Made by a program: the position numbers and the translations under genes. Below are positions 12,773-26,189 of a DNA stretch of 63,298 nt, in pieces. Each line of letters opens with the position of its first letter. The stretch's first letter is position 1. The notes under the pieces are model-generated. The model ran no database searches and was not told where the DNA came from. It saw only the letters and a program-made list of their open reading frames with translations. The stretch comes from Octopus bimaculoides (lineage: Eukaryota): positions 31,159,005 to 31,222,302 of the forward strand of contig NC_069003.1 in assembly GCF_001194135.2 (NCBI RefSeq), given 5' to 3'.

Positions 12773-13532
12773 TACCTGTATGCACACAAACTATGTGAGT
12801 CAGTTTCAAAACTGATAAAAGTCTGGCTTTTGGCAGAAGAGTTGTCGCATCCTGTTACAAATTATTCATATCCTGTTACTTCTCTTGTTTGATCTCAACC
12901 AGGAAGCCTGTACATGCTCTTTGAACCTGATAGAATTAGCATTCAAAATTCCTTCAAATCACCCCTGTTATCTTAAATAATGAAAAGACTTCAAGTAAAT
13001 GTAATTCGTGTATCTTTGTAAAGACACAATGTCCAGTTAGAATGCCTTTAATTATAGATCTATTCAACCAGGGCACATTTAGTGCCAAATAACAACTAGT
13101 TTTTGAATTTGAGAAGGTGCTTTCTCACAGCTAGCCAATCTACCTGATGTAGCCACTTTATTTTCATCAAATCCCATTCAACTACAATACCCTTTTATAT
13201 GTCCACTCAAAATTTCATTACCACAAACTGCAGAAAGCAAGGGAGCAGTTTTATACTCCAATCTATGCTGTGTTGAAGAATGTAATGTTGGAAACTAATT
13301 CCTCTTATATCAAGTTTATTGAAACAACAAGTGATACTTTTGGTAGATACTTAACATCATTACTGGAATAACCATGAAATTTAATTTCACAGTTTAAGGG
13401 TTAAGGGATCTCATCAAACCTGTGATCAAAGACATTCCAACCATGACTGTTTTTTCCAGACACATTGAAATTTTTTTCCAGACACACTGAATCGAAGTTC
13501 ACATTATCCAATGTCTTCTATTTTTATTTTAA

Positions 13533-13751
13533 CCCATTAAGTCCCACTGTCCTATAAATAGGACACCAAATGAGAACATTAAATAAGCTATATCACATGG
13601 TCTCAGTGTCCTATTTATAGGACACCGAGTATTTCCATTTCTACTTGAAGTAAAGGAGTTTTAATAATTAATTTTTCCATTTTAACCTATTTTCAATCAT
13701 TTGTAAAAATTTAAAATATTCAGATATTTAAATACTCTGGGCCTTAATGGG
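13533..13751. mobile_element. piggyBac-type MITE, second family (219 bp)
   Basis: TTAA at 13529-13532 and 13752-13755. TIRs CCCATTAAGTCCCA / TGGGCCTTAATGGG (13/14 match). Internal inverted pair GTCCTATAAATAGGACAC / GTGTCCTATTTATAGGAC. Confidence 0.9.
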
Positions 13752-14161
13752 TTAATGCTTTTACTACAGAAATCAGATAGATGCACTCAAAATTTGATTA
13801 CCCTTATCTGCAGATTAGTTTTATTCACTAATCTATCTTTTGTTGAGGACTGTCATGTTTGAAACGATTTCCTGTTGAGATATGTCAAGTTTATTGAACA
13901 AACATGACTTGCAGAAAATACCAATTCTATTTTTTGATAGATAATTAACATTGTTACTGGAATAACCATGAAATTTAATTTTTCAGTTAAAGAGCTAATT
14001 GAAGAAAGGGTTTGGATACCCCTTAAAAAATTACTGGAATATTTTAGGTCATAGGACTTTAGGATCAGAGTTGGCATGGTGCTAAACAACAATAACGTTG
14101 CTAATGTAACCAACAGTTTGGATTATTTCAGAGCTGAAATAATGGTGGTGGTGGTGGTGGT

Positions 14162-14198
<37 letters not shown>

Positions 14199-14259
14199 GT
14201 GGTGGTGGTGGTGGTAGNNNNNNNNNNAGAGCTGAAATAATGGTGGTGGTGGTGGTGGT

Positions 14260-14296
<37 letters not shown>

Positions 14297-15111
14297 GTGG
14301 TGGTGGTGGTGGTAGCAGTGGTGGCGATAGTGATGATAGGTGTGATGTGTTAGTGGTGGTTTCATGGAAGACAAACAAACAAACAACGACAAAAAAAAAT
14401 ATATAATGAAAGAATTACTTTGATGACCAAAATGCCAAATATACTAGAATTTATCACTAAAGGAATGGTGATACTTTCAAACCACAACTCTGTTTGAAAA
14501 GAGAGGAATTATGTCTGAGAAAAAAACAGGATGTTAATAGCTAGAACGCCTTTGTTCATCTGAGCTGTCAATATATTATCCATGAAATAACAAAGAAGGG
14601 ATTAAGGTGATTACTCATTTATTGAGAGATTGCAAGACAAACCTCCCTCAAATTATACCTTACGCTCTTCATAAATGGTAAAATAGACACATAAGATGAC
14701 AGAACAATGGTAGCCTTGATTATGATGTTTCTCAATAAAAAACTAGATGATCATTTCTTGAATATATTTGATAATAGTTTTGTTAAAAGAATAAATAGAA
14801 TCATACTTCACCAGAGATAAATATAGAGGTTTTTTTTTCTGTTTTTTTTTTTTCTGACTGATACTATTTTGGTCTGGTATTAAACAACAACAAAAGCAAG
14901 GAAGAATAAAATGTTGAGGCAAACTCGTAGATTTATACAGACATAGATCTATGGAGGAAACTTGAACAAGAATCTAGCATAGGTGCAGTGGGTATGTGGG
15001 AAGGTTCAGTCCTGCTGCGTGGCACCTTGGACACGAGCCTTCTATGATAGCCTCCGACCAACCAAACTCTTGTGACATGGTTTGGTTGGTGGAAACTGAA
15101 AGAAGTCCATC

Positions 15112-15147
<36 letters not shown>

Positions 15148-15251
15148 ATAATATTAGGGATAAAATCCAAAATTACAGGTAAAAACTCAATTAAAATCAA
15201 TTTATTAAAAATTAAAATTAAATTAAGCTTCACAGAGTAAAATATATATAA

Positions 15252-15360
15252 ATATATAGTTTTAGGGAAAAGAACCAAGGTTCACCTATAGAAAAATTAA
15301 TAATTAAAACCACAATCGATGAGTTCATGAACCTTGGTTCTTTTCCCTAAAACTATATAT
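15252..15360. repeat. Perfect 33-bp inverted repeat with 43-bp spacer
   Basis: ATATATAGTTTTAGGGAAAAGAACCAAGGTTCA (15252-15284) and its reverse complement (15328-15360). Confidence 0.9.
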
Positions 15361-15727
15361 ATATATATAACTTGCATTAATTATGTTAATTATGTAAATG
15401 ATGACAATGGGCATAACTCACATTAATTATGTTAATTATGTAAACCATTCCTGCTTTATAACATGGAAGTCAGTATGAGAAAAATAGGTTTTGTTTCTTT
15501 TGCCTCTTTCCTATTAAGACATTTCATATTCAAAGTAAGACTTTTGTGAGAAACGCCGTATTTCTGTAAATGTGAGGGGATGATGGATGCTTGTAAATTG
15601 ATTTGTTTTTAGATAATAAAATGGCAAAAGGTTGCAAAATTGCAGAAGACAAAAACAGTAATGCTACTTCAAAACAAACAACACATTCTCTTCTATATTG
15701 TGACATACTTTCATAGCAAACGATTGG

Positions 15728-15783
15728 CTCTCTCCTCCTCCTCCTCCCTCTCTCTCACTCACTTCCTCCTTTCTCTTTCTTCT

Positions 15784-15821
<38 letters not shown>

Positions 15822-16260
15822 CCTCGTCTCCTTCTCTCCCAATTCCTCCTTTCTCTCTCCATCTCCTCTCTCTCCTGCCTCCTCTCTCTCACCCTCCTCT
15901 TCTCTCTCTCACCCCTCCTCCTCTCTCTCTTGCCTCGTCTCCTTCTCTCCCAATTCCTCCTTTCTTTCTTTCTTTCTTTCTTAAAGAGTGTCATGTATTT
16001 TCTTACATCTTCTCTCCCTCCTTCTCTCTCTCTCTCTCTCTCTCTCCACCTCTCTATTTCTCTTTCTCCTTCTCCTCCTCTCACTCTTTCTTCTCCTCCT
16101 CCTCTCATTCTTTCTTCTCCTCTTCCTCTCTCTCTTTAACCTCCTCTTCCTCTCTCTCTTTAACCTCCTCTTCCTCTCTCTCTTTAACCTCCTCCTCTCT
16201 ATCTCTCTTTCTCCTCCTCCTCTCTCTCTATCTCTTTCTCTCTTTCCTTTGTTCTTGAGC
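15728..16260. repeat. (CT)-rich polypyrimidine tract with higher-order duplications
   Basis: TTGCCTCGTCTCCTTCTCTCCCAATTCCTCC occurs twice, and a ~24-bp CTCCTCTTCCTCTCTCTCTTTAAC unit occurs about three times. Confidence 0.85.
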
Positions 16261-16635
16261 ATTCTCTCATAACTAAAGATTCATTATTTCTTTAGGTTGA
16301 TTTTTTTTTTCCTTACCAATTTCATAAAACAGTATAAACACTTTCGTTCTTCTGTTTCATGTTAATAGTAAAACCATAATCAATCGTTATGTATTATAAA
16401 GTGTTAAGTGTTCTGTAAAGAGTGACTAAACACAGAAATATCAGAAATATCAGGAGGATACAAATAAACAGGGATGCAATAAAAACTGATAGTTTATCCA
16501 TTATTATTGTGGAAGATTAGAAAAAGAGTAAGTGGGAGAAGTTTTAAAGAGTATTATGGTTTTAAAAAGTATAGCGAAACAAAGCAAAGAATATATTGGG
16601 AAGACAGAAAACCTTACACACACATTGTTGGAACT

Positions 16636-17010
16636 CTGTCGCTTATGACGTCGAAGGTTCCAGTTGATCCGATCAACGGAACAGCCTGCTCGTGAAATTA
16701 ACGTGTAAGTGGCTGTGCACTCCACAGACACGTATACCCTTAATGCAGTTCTTGGGGATATTCAGCGTGACACACAGTGTGACAAGGCTGGCCCCTTTGA
16801 AATACAGGTACAACAGAAACAGGAAGTAAGAGTGAGAGAAAGTTGTGGTGAAAGAGTACAGCAGGGTTCGCCACCATCCCCTGCTGGAGCCTCGTGGAGC
16901 TTTAGGTGTTTTCGCTCAATAAACACTCACAACGCCCGGTCTGGGAATCGAAACCGTGATCCTATGACTGCGAGTCCGCTGCCCTAACCACTAGGCCATT
17001 GCGCCTCCAC
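16636..17010 (-). mobile_element. Family B tRNA-derived SINE, full length
   Basis: Head GGCGCAATGGCCTAGTGGTTAGGGCAGCGGACTCGCAGTCATAGGATCACGGTTTCGATTCCCAGACC with A/B boxes. CpG-rich (young). The 5' half matches 46163-46330. Confidence 0.85.
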
Positions 17011-17169
17011 ATCACACAGACATACACATTGGCATATGTGCACACATGAACACACAAACATGCACACACACGAGAGGTGTGTCTGTGTTTGTTTTTCTGT
17101 TCTGCTAAAATAAAAATAGTATAACATTAATCTGAAGGGTTACTATATACTTTTGTAAAAGTATAAATT

Positions 17170-17397
17170 TATTTACACTATTTACATTATTTACAATTGA
17201 TGGATATTTGTCCTCATCTTGTTTGTTGTTAACACATTTCGGCTGATATACTCTCCAGCCTTCATCAGGTGTCTTGGGGAAATTTTGAACCTGGGTTCTC
17301 ATTCCTAAGGTATTTTTCACTGCTTAGAATCGAACTCGGAATCTTGGGGTTAGTAGCCCGCGCTCTTAACCACTACGCCATATGCCCATGGGCATAT
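17170..17397 (-). mobile_element. Family E: tRNA-headed SINE-like element with degenerate hammerhead (copy 2)
   Basis: Same head, body and (TGTAAATAA)n tail as 1618-1870. The hammerhead region 17273-17231 lacks CGT of stem III. Confidence 0.8.
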
Positions 17398-18372
17398 TTA
17401 TTAAGAACGAATTTATTGTTCTTAACCAAAAATATTGAGAGTTACTTTGAAGTTTTGGCCAGTCAGACTATATCTATCTATCTATCTATCTCCATTACAG
17501 CCAATCTTACCAAACAGTTTCACACCGTTTTCCCTACCTGCCATATCTGAAGAGGATTTGTATTTAGATAACCGCCCAGTTATCTAATATCCTGTGGAAA
17601 ACCATTTGATAAGATTGGCTGAAATAAATCTTTAATACTGTTGATTAATATATGTGAGTCTGTGTGTGTATGTGTGTATGTGTATGAGAGTGTGTGTGTA
17701 TGAGAGTGTGTGTGTATGTGTTGGCCATTATATTGACCTGCAACAGGTATTGAGTTCTTAAGTCATACTCGTGACAGGAAAGTCAAAGTAACGGAGACTG
17801 ATTCTTGCTCAGGTTATGATTAAACTTAGAGAGTCAAGTTTTGAAAGCAAGCAAATTCATGAATTGAAAGAAAATTGTTGATTCAGCAGGGGCGAAATTT
17901 TCTTCTACCTTATGAATGGTCTTGCGTTTATACATACATATGCCATCCTCTTTGCAAATATGTTTGTGTATATATATATGTTTCTATACAAATATGCGTG
18001 TGTACATATACAAATAAGATATTGAGATTATGCACACAGCCAACAAAAAATATATACACAATCTATTTAATGTATCCACTGCTTCTTTTTTTTTTTTACT
18101 TCGTTGTTTACAAATACAAATGTTTATCAATGTCAAGAGAGAGAGAAGCCAGAGAAAAAGAAAACACAGGTAGGTAATTAGTGAGAAAGGTAAAACTAGC
18201 TAGAATGAGAGAGAGAGGGGGAAGGGGGGAGGGGGATAAGAGAGTGAGTGAGAGAGAGATAGAGATTGGATATGTGGGTAAAGCTAGATAAGGAAGACTA
18301 AGGAGAGTGGGTGAGGGAGGCAGAAGGAAGAAAGGTACTAGAGTATATTATGACTTAAAAGCTGATTGGTAG

Positions 18373-19215
<843 letters not shown>

Positions 19216-20156
19216 AGAGAGAATGAATAGAAATGGTTAAACAGGAGTATAGTATAGTTCAGATTGAGTAATACTCATTTGATAGCAAGAAATGATGAAT
19301 CAAGCAGTGATACTAAAGTAGGAAGTAGATTGGTACAGATGGAGGTAGGTAAGGAAGCAGGCAGGCAGGTAGGTAGGTAGGTAGGTCAGCAGGTAGTCAG
19401 GTAGGTAGATTCCATTGGGAGTAAAAAAAAAAAAATTAGTAAAAGGAAAAAATGTAGGAATTGTAACAAAAAAGATGGAAACAAAATTGATAGTAGAAGC
19501 CAAGGAGGAAGTAATAGATTGAAGTTATAAAGACACAGAAAAAGAAGTAGAAAAGAGAGGAATGGTAAGGAACACGCACACACACACACACACAAACACA
19601 TGCACCCGTGTGCACGCACACTCACACGCACACACGCATGGATATATAATGGATGTTTTTGAATAGAAGGAAAACAACAAAACAGTCAAAAGCACACATA
19701 TAAGACACAAGTGCACGCACATATATACAGGCATGTATGTATTAATGTTTGTTTTAATGTGAAGTTATATATAGAATCTCAATACTTTTTAGTAGAGTAC
19801 ATGTTTATTATTAAACATGTACTCTTTGCTAGACTGTCTACTACCTTAAACAGTTTGATGATGGCTCATAGGCTAAAACTTCAAAGTCCTTGTCATCTTT
19901 CTATATTTTCTGATGATGGACGACTGCCTAAAATGCTTAAAAGACCCCTTACTTTCAAGCATTACGCTAATATCACGTTTGTTAAAACTTATCCCTTGTG
20001 TTTTGTTTTTCATATTTTTGCTCATTCAGCAGATATTTTGGGGTTTTATTAATTTTGGATCACCTTAAAAAATATGTGTTAACATGTATAGACGCAAGAG
20101 TGGCTGTGCGCTAAGTAGCTTGCTTACCAACCACATGGTTCTGGGTTCAGTTCCAC

Positions 20157-20188
<32 letters not shown>

Positions 20189-20251
20189 AGTCGTCTAAGA
20201 GTCCATAAGTAAGAGAAAAGATGTACTTGTGTATCTGTCAATAGATTGGTT

Positions 20252-20735
<484 letters not shown>

Positions 20736-20834
20736 GAGACAGATAAGATCATGAGATAAAGGAGAGGAGAGAGAGAGGGAGAGAAATTGAGAGAGAGATA
20801 GAGAGAAAGGGAAGGGAGGGAAATGGAGAGGTCT

Positions 20835-20929
<95 letters not shown>

Positions 20930-21566
20930 AAGAGAGAGAGAGATAGAGAGAGAGAGAGTGAGAGAGATGTCTAATCTTCCTGATACAGTGTCTTTGTGAA
21001 CAGAAGAAAAGGTAAGAACCCAAACTAATTCCACTCCTGTGTTAGAATTTCATGAATGATTAAGAACCAACCATCTTTAATTGTCCACAGGGACGCTGCC
21101 CCATAAACCCACTGTTTCCCTGGATTTAAGTAAATCTAATTGACCAATTCTCATATATAATGCATTCCTCACAGGAAGCTTGATTAATAAATTACAATTA
21201 ATGCTGAAATTCCAACAAAAGTTGAAAGCTTGTCCAGTTAAAACCTTTTCTCTCTCTCTGTCAAGATATTGTATATAATGACAAGTTGTTTTATGTCTGT
21301 CTGTCTTAAATAAACAATAAAAGCTAAAACCTGAAGAAGATATCCTGTAGTACATCTATCTTCATTTATCATGGCATGTGGAGACATGTGACTTCATAGT
21401 TAGGATTTTTGGGTCATGATCGTAAGAACATGAGTTCAATTTCCTGCAGCACATTGTGTCACATTGTGTCACATTGTGTCAACATTTGTCTTGTCTACTC
21501 AACCGTCAAAAATGAGTTGTGTCTGTATTTCAAAGAACCAGCCTTGTCACATTCTGTCAACGCTGA

Positions 21567-22276
21567 ACCAGCATCCATTGTCAAGCGATGTTGGGGGGGG
21601 GGGGGCAAACACAGACACACAAACATATACACACACACACACANNNNNNNNNNNNNNNNNNNNNNNNNNNNNNNNNNNNNNNNNNNNNNNNNNNNNNNNN
21701 NNNNNNNNNNNNNNNNNNNNNNNNNNNNNNNNNNNNNNNNNNNNNNNNNNNNNNNNNNNNNNNNNNNNNNNNNNNNNNNNNNNNNNNNNNNNNNNNNNNN
21801 NNNNNNNNNNNNNNNNNNNNNNNNNNNNNNNNNNNNNNNNNNNNNNNNNNNNNNNNNNNNNNNNNNNNNNNNNNNNNNNNNNNNNNNNNNNNNNNNNNNN
21901 NNNNNNNNNNNNNNNNNNNNNNNNNNNNNNNNNNNNNNNNNNNNNNNNNNNNNNNNNNNNNNNNNNNNNNNNNNNNNNNNNNNNNNNNNNNNNNNNNNNN
22001 NNNNNNNNNNNNNNNNNNNNNNNNNNNNNNNNNNNNNNNNNNNNNNNNNNNNNNNNNNNNNNNNNNNNNNNNNNNNNNNNNNNNNNNNNNNNNNNNNNAT
22101 ATATACATATATACGACGGGCTTCTTTCAGTTTCCATCTACCAAATCCACCCACAAGGCTTTGGTTGGCCCGAGGCTATAGTAGAAGATACTTGCCCAAG
22201 GTGCCACGCAGTGGGACTGAACCTGGAACTATGTGGCTGGTAAGCAAGCTACTTACCACACAGCCACTCCTACGCC
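21567..22276 (-). mobile_element. Family C SINE spanning an N gap
   Basis: Head and CORE-like part at 22110-22276, body at 21567-21643. Confidence 0.75.
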
Positions 22277-22566
22277 TATATATTCTACATATTCATTATC
22301 AATAATGCTCCCTAAACAACATTTTCAGTGTGTCTCTTACACATAGGGATGTGATCAGGAGAAGATTTCATTGTTATTTTTAACTATAGGGAGTTACACA
22401 TAAATGTTAATACACACACTGACAAACTCACACACACACATACACAGTCGTAATACATACATACAAAAAATACACACACACACACATTTATAAATATATA
22501 TATATATATAATTTGGGAATGTATGTATGTATGTATATTTTTATACATATATATATATGTGCGTAC

Positions 22567-22597
<31 letters not shown>

Positions 22598-22616
22598 TGT
22601 ATGTATGAACGTATAC

Positions 22617-22706
22617 TCTTTTACTCTTTTACTTGTTTCAGTCATTTGACTGCGGCCATGCTGGAGCACCGCCTCTAGTCGAGCAAATCGACCCCGGGGA
22701 CTTATT
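22617..22706 (-). mobile_element. Family C SINE 3' tail (remainder in gap)
   Basis: Reverse complement of 23611-23705 with few mismatches. Confidence 0.8.
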
Positions 22707-23406
22707 NNNNNNNNNNNNNNNNNNNNNNNNNNNNNNNNNNNNNNNNNNNNNNNNNNNNNNNNNNNNNNNNNNNNNNNNNNNNNNNNNNNNNNNNNNNNNN
22801 NNNNNNNNNNNNNNNNNNNNNNNNNNNNNNNNNNNNNNNNNNNNNNNNNNNNNNNNNNNNNNNNNNNNNNNNNNNNNNNNNNNNNNNNNNNNNNNNNNNN
22901 NNNNNNNNNNNNNNNNNNNNNNNNNNNNNNNNNNNNNNNNNNNNNNNNNNNNNNNNNNNNNNNNNNNNNNNNNNNNNNNNNNNNNNNNNNNNNNNNNNNN
23001 NNNNNNNNNNNNNNNNNNNNNNNNNNNNNNNNNNNNNNNNNNNNNNNNNNNNNNNNNNNNNNNNNNNNNNNNNNNNNNNNNNNNNNNNNNNNNNNNNNNN
23101 NNNNNNNNNNNNNNNNNNNNNNNNNNNNNNNNNNNNNNNNNNNNNNNNNNNNNNNNNNNNNNNNNNNNNNNNNNNNNNNNNNNNNNNNNNNNNNNNNNNN
23201 NNNNNNNNNNNNNNNNNNNNNNNNNNNNNNNNNNNNNNNNNNNNNNNNNNNNNNNNNNNNNNNNNNNNNNNNNNNNNNNNNNNNNNNNNNNNNNNNNNNN
23301 NNNNNNNNNNNNNNNNNNNNNNNNNNNNNNNNNNNNNNNNNNNNNNNNNNNNNNNNNNNNNNNNNNNNNNNNNNNNNNNNNNNNNNNNNNNNNNNNNNNN
23401 NNNNNN

Positions 23407-23705
23407 GGGTGGATTTGGTAGACGGAAACTGAAAGAAGCCCGCCGTATATATGTATTTATATATATGTATGTATGTGTGTGTATATGTTTGTGTGTCTGT
23501 GTTTGTCTTCCCCAACATCGCTTGACAACCGATGCTGGTGTGTTTACGTCCCCTGTAACTTAGCGGTTCGGCAAAAGAAATCCGATAGAATAAGTACTAA
23601 GCTTACAAAGAATAAGTCCTGGGGTCGATTTGCTCGACTAAAGGCGGTGCTCCAGCATGGCCACAGTCAAATGACTGTAACAAGCAAAAGAGTAAAACGA
23701 GTAAG
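23407..23705 (+). mobile_element. Family C SINE, 3' two-thirds
   Basis: CpG-rich young copy emerging from the gap. Confidence 0.85.
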
Positions 23706-23999
23706 AGTATATACATATATATATATATATGTATGTATGTATGTGTGTATGTATGTAGCATTATAGCATAACGTTCTATAAATGAATGAATGATTGAAAA
23801 GAGAGGAAGAAAGGAAGAAAGGAAGAAAGAAGTGTTCCCCTCCTCCTCCTCCTCTGCATCTCTGTCGCTAGATTATCGTAAATATGTGAGGCACGAGTTT
23901 TGCACAGAGAGAAAACAGTGTGCACACCACTAAACATCACCCAGTTGTGGTGAGGTCAGCTGATGTTTCTCAGGCTTAGAGTTTACTAGTGAGGCATCA

Positions 24000-24166
24000 C
24001 CTCTACAACAGTAACAACAACAATACCAAGTATTGCTGCTACTACTACTGCTACCAGCAGCAGCATCACCACCACCACCGCTACCACCACCACCACAACA
24101 ACAACAACAACAACGACGACAACTACAACAACTACTACTACTACTACTAGCAGCACCACAACGACA

Positions 24167-24216
<50 letters not shown>

Positions 24217-24540
24217 TACTTCTACTACTAACACCACCACTGCCAGTACTAGCACCACCACCAACACCACAACAACTTTTACTACCAGTAACACCACCAG
24301 CACCACCACAACTACTACTACTACTACCACCACCACCACCACCACCACTAGCACCACCACCACCACAACAACAACAACAACGACAACAATGACAACAACA
24401 ACGGCAACGACTACTACTACTACTAATACTACTACTACCAGCAGCAGCAGCAGCACCACCACTACCACCGCCACTACCACCACCACCACCACCACAACAA
24501 CAACAACAACGACAGCAACAACAATGACAACAACTACTAT

Positions 24541-24587
<47 letters not shown>

Positions 24588-24815
24588 TCACCACCACTGC
24601 CAGTACCAGCACCACCACCACCAACACCACAACAACTTTTACTACCAGCATCACCACCAACAACAATAACACCACCAGCGCCACCACAACTACTACCACT
24701 ACTACAACCAGTACCAGCAACAGCAGCACCACAACCAACACCATCACCACCACAACAACTACTACGACTACTATTACTACTACTGCTACTGCTGCTGCCG
24801 CTGCTGCTACTGCTG
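24000..24815. repeat. Mosaic trinucleotide repeat (ACT/ACC/ACA/AGC)
   Basis: Low-complexity triplet runs with re-duplicated blocks (for example near 24231 and 24590). Confidence 0.9.
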
Positions 24816-25249
24816 ACCCTTAGAAATCTTCAGGTAGCTGAACCTCAAAGATGGGGGGGTTGGGGAACAGTAGTAAGTCGGTTGGTTGCAGTTAAGTGCA
24901 CAGTCTATTATTAAAAGACTTCCCAGTCATGACCATCCCCTCGCTTTGAACGTTTTGGACTTGGACTGCGTTAGCCTAATGTATTCTTTGCATGTGACTT
25001 GGATGAAAATTTTGGGGTGTTGTTTTTTTTTTTCCTACCCGGTTGAGCGACCACTTGGAGGGCGTTCTTTGTTGGTTGTGTGTGGGTGATGTGAGTTAGC
25101 AGAGGTTTATGGAGATTTGTGGTGCAGTCAGCAGACATTCACTCTGTTCCTCTCTGTTCTACCTGTTCCGTTCTACCCCCACCCCCTCTTCTCCTCCCCA
25201 TCCACGTGATTAGTTCAGGTGTTGTATCTATAAGGTTTACCAAATCAAA

Positions 25250-25300
<51 letters not shown>

Positions 25301-25310
25301 NNNNNNNNNN

Positions 25311-25360
<50 letters not shown>

Positions 25361-25505
25361 GTAGGTATATGTATGTATTTATGTATGTATGTATGTATGT
25401 ATATGTTTATGTATGTATGTATGTANNNNNNNNNNAGAGAGAGAGAAAGAGATAAATAGATAGATAGGTAGATAAATAAATAGACAGACAAATAGATAGA
25501 TAGAT

Positions 25506-25555
<50 letters not shown>

Positions 25556-26189
25556 AAAATAAAAGAAAGGAAAGATGGAAAGAGCAACAAAGAATTAACA
25601 GAGATGGAAGAAAGGAAGAGAGAAAAATGACAGAGAGAAAGACAGAGAGAGAGAGAGAGAAAGAGAAAGAGAGGAGGACATTTCCAAAGGCTGGAAGTAG
25701 GGTTGTTACTATTATGAAAACAACAACAGTGTAAGAAATAATGAGTAGAGTGGGACTCAGCACTATTGATGAAATAGTAATGGTGTACAATATGACATAG
25801 ATAGTATTACCCCATTCTGAGCCAGTGAGAAAGCCTATATTTAATAGGCTGACCAGCTAGAAGTAGGAAACAAGTGTTCCCCTGGTCATACATTACAAGC
25901 TCTTTTTATGAAAAAAAAAAGGATGTTTTGGATTGTGTAGAAGCGCTTTTGATCTAAATTGATCTGAGAAGTCAAGAATTGTAACTCCTAGGTGGCATCA
26001 ACTTGGTAGCTTGATCAGCTAGAAATGGAAGACAAGTCTTCCTCAAATTATATGCAAAACACTAGTTTCTTTTTTTCTCTTTTTTTTTTTCCAAAAGGAT
26101 TCATTAGATAATGTAATTCTAGGTAGACTGTGTCAGGGAAAAAATTAGTGAAAAAAAACTAAAGGTGGTTCTCAGCCACAAGGGTACAT

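Noticed and set aside
14130-14315. Tandem duplication of AGAGCTGAAATAAT(GGT)n(GGC)n
   Set aside because: Identical copies directly flank a 10-N gap, typical of unmerged contig overlap.
21272-21330. Candidate otoferlin exon 2 (TTCTTCAG|G-FSFY...)
   Set aside because: Similarity stops after SFY and there is no GT donor at the expected length.
24389-24823. Thr-rich mucin-like ORF (and the antisense poly-Val ORF)
   Set aside because: Pure triplet-repeat mosaic that is open in several frames, with no splice signals or non-repetitive domain.
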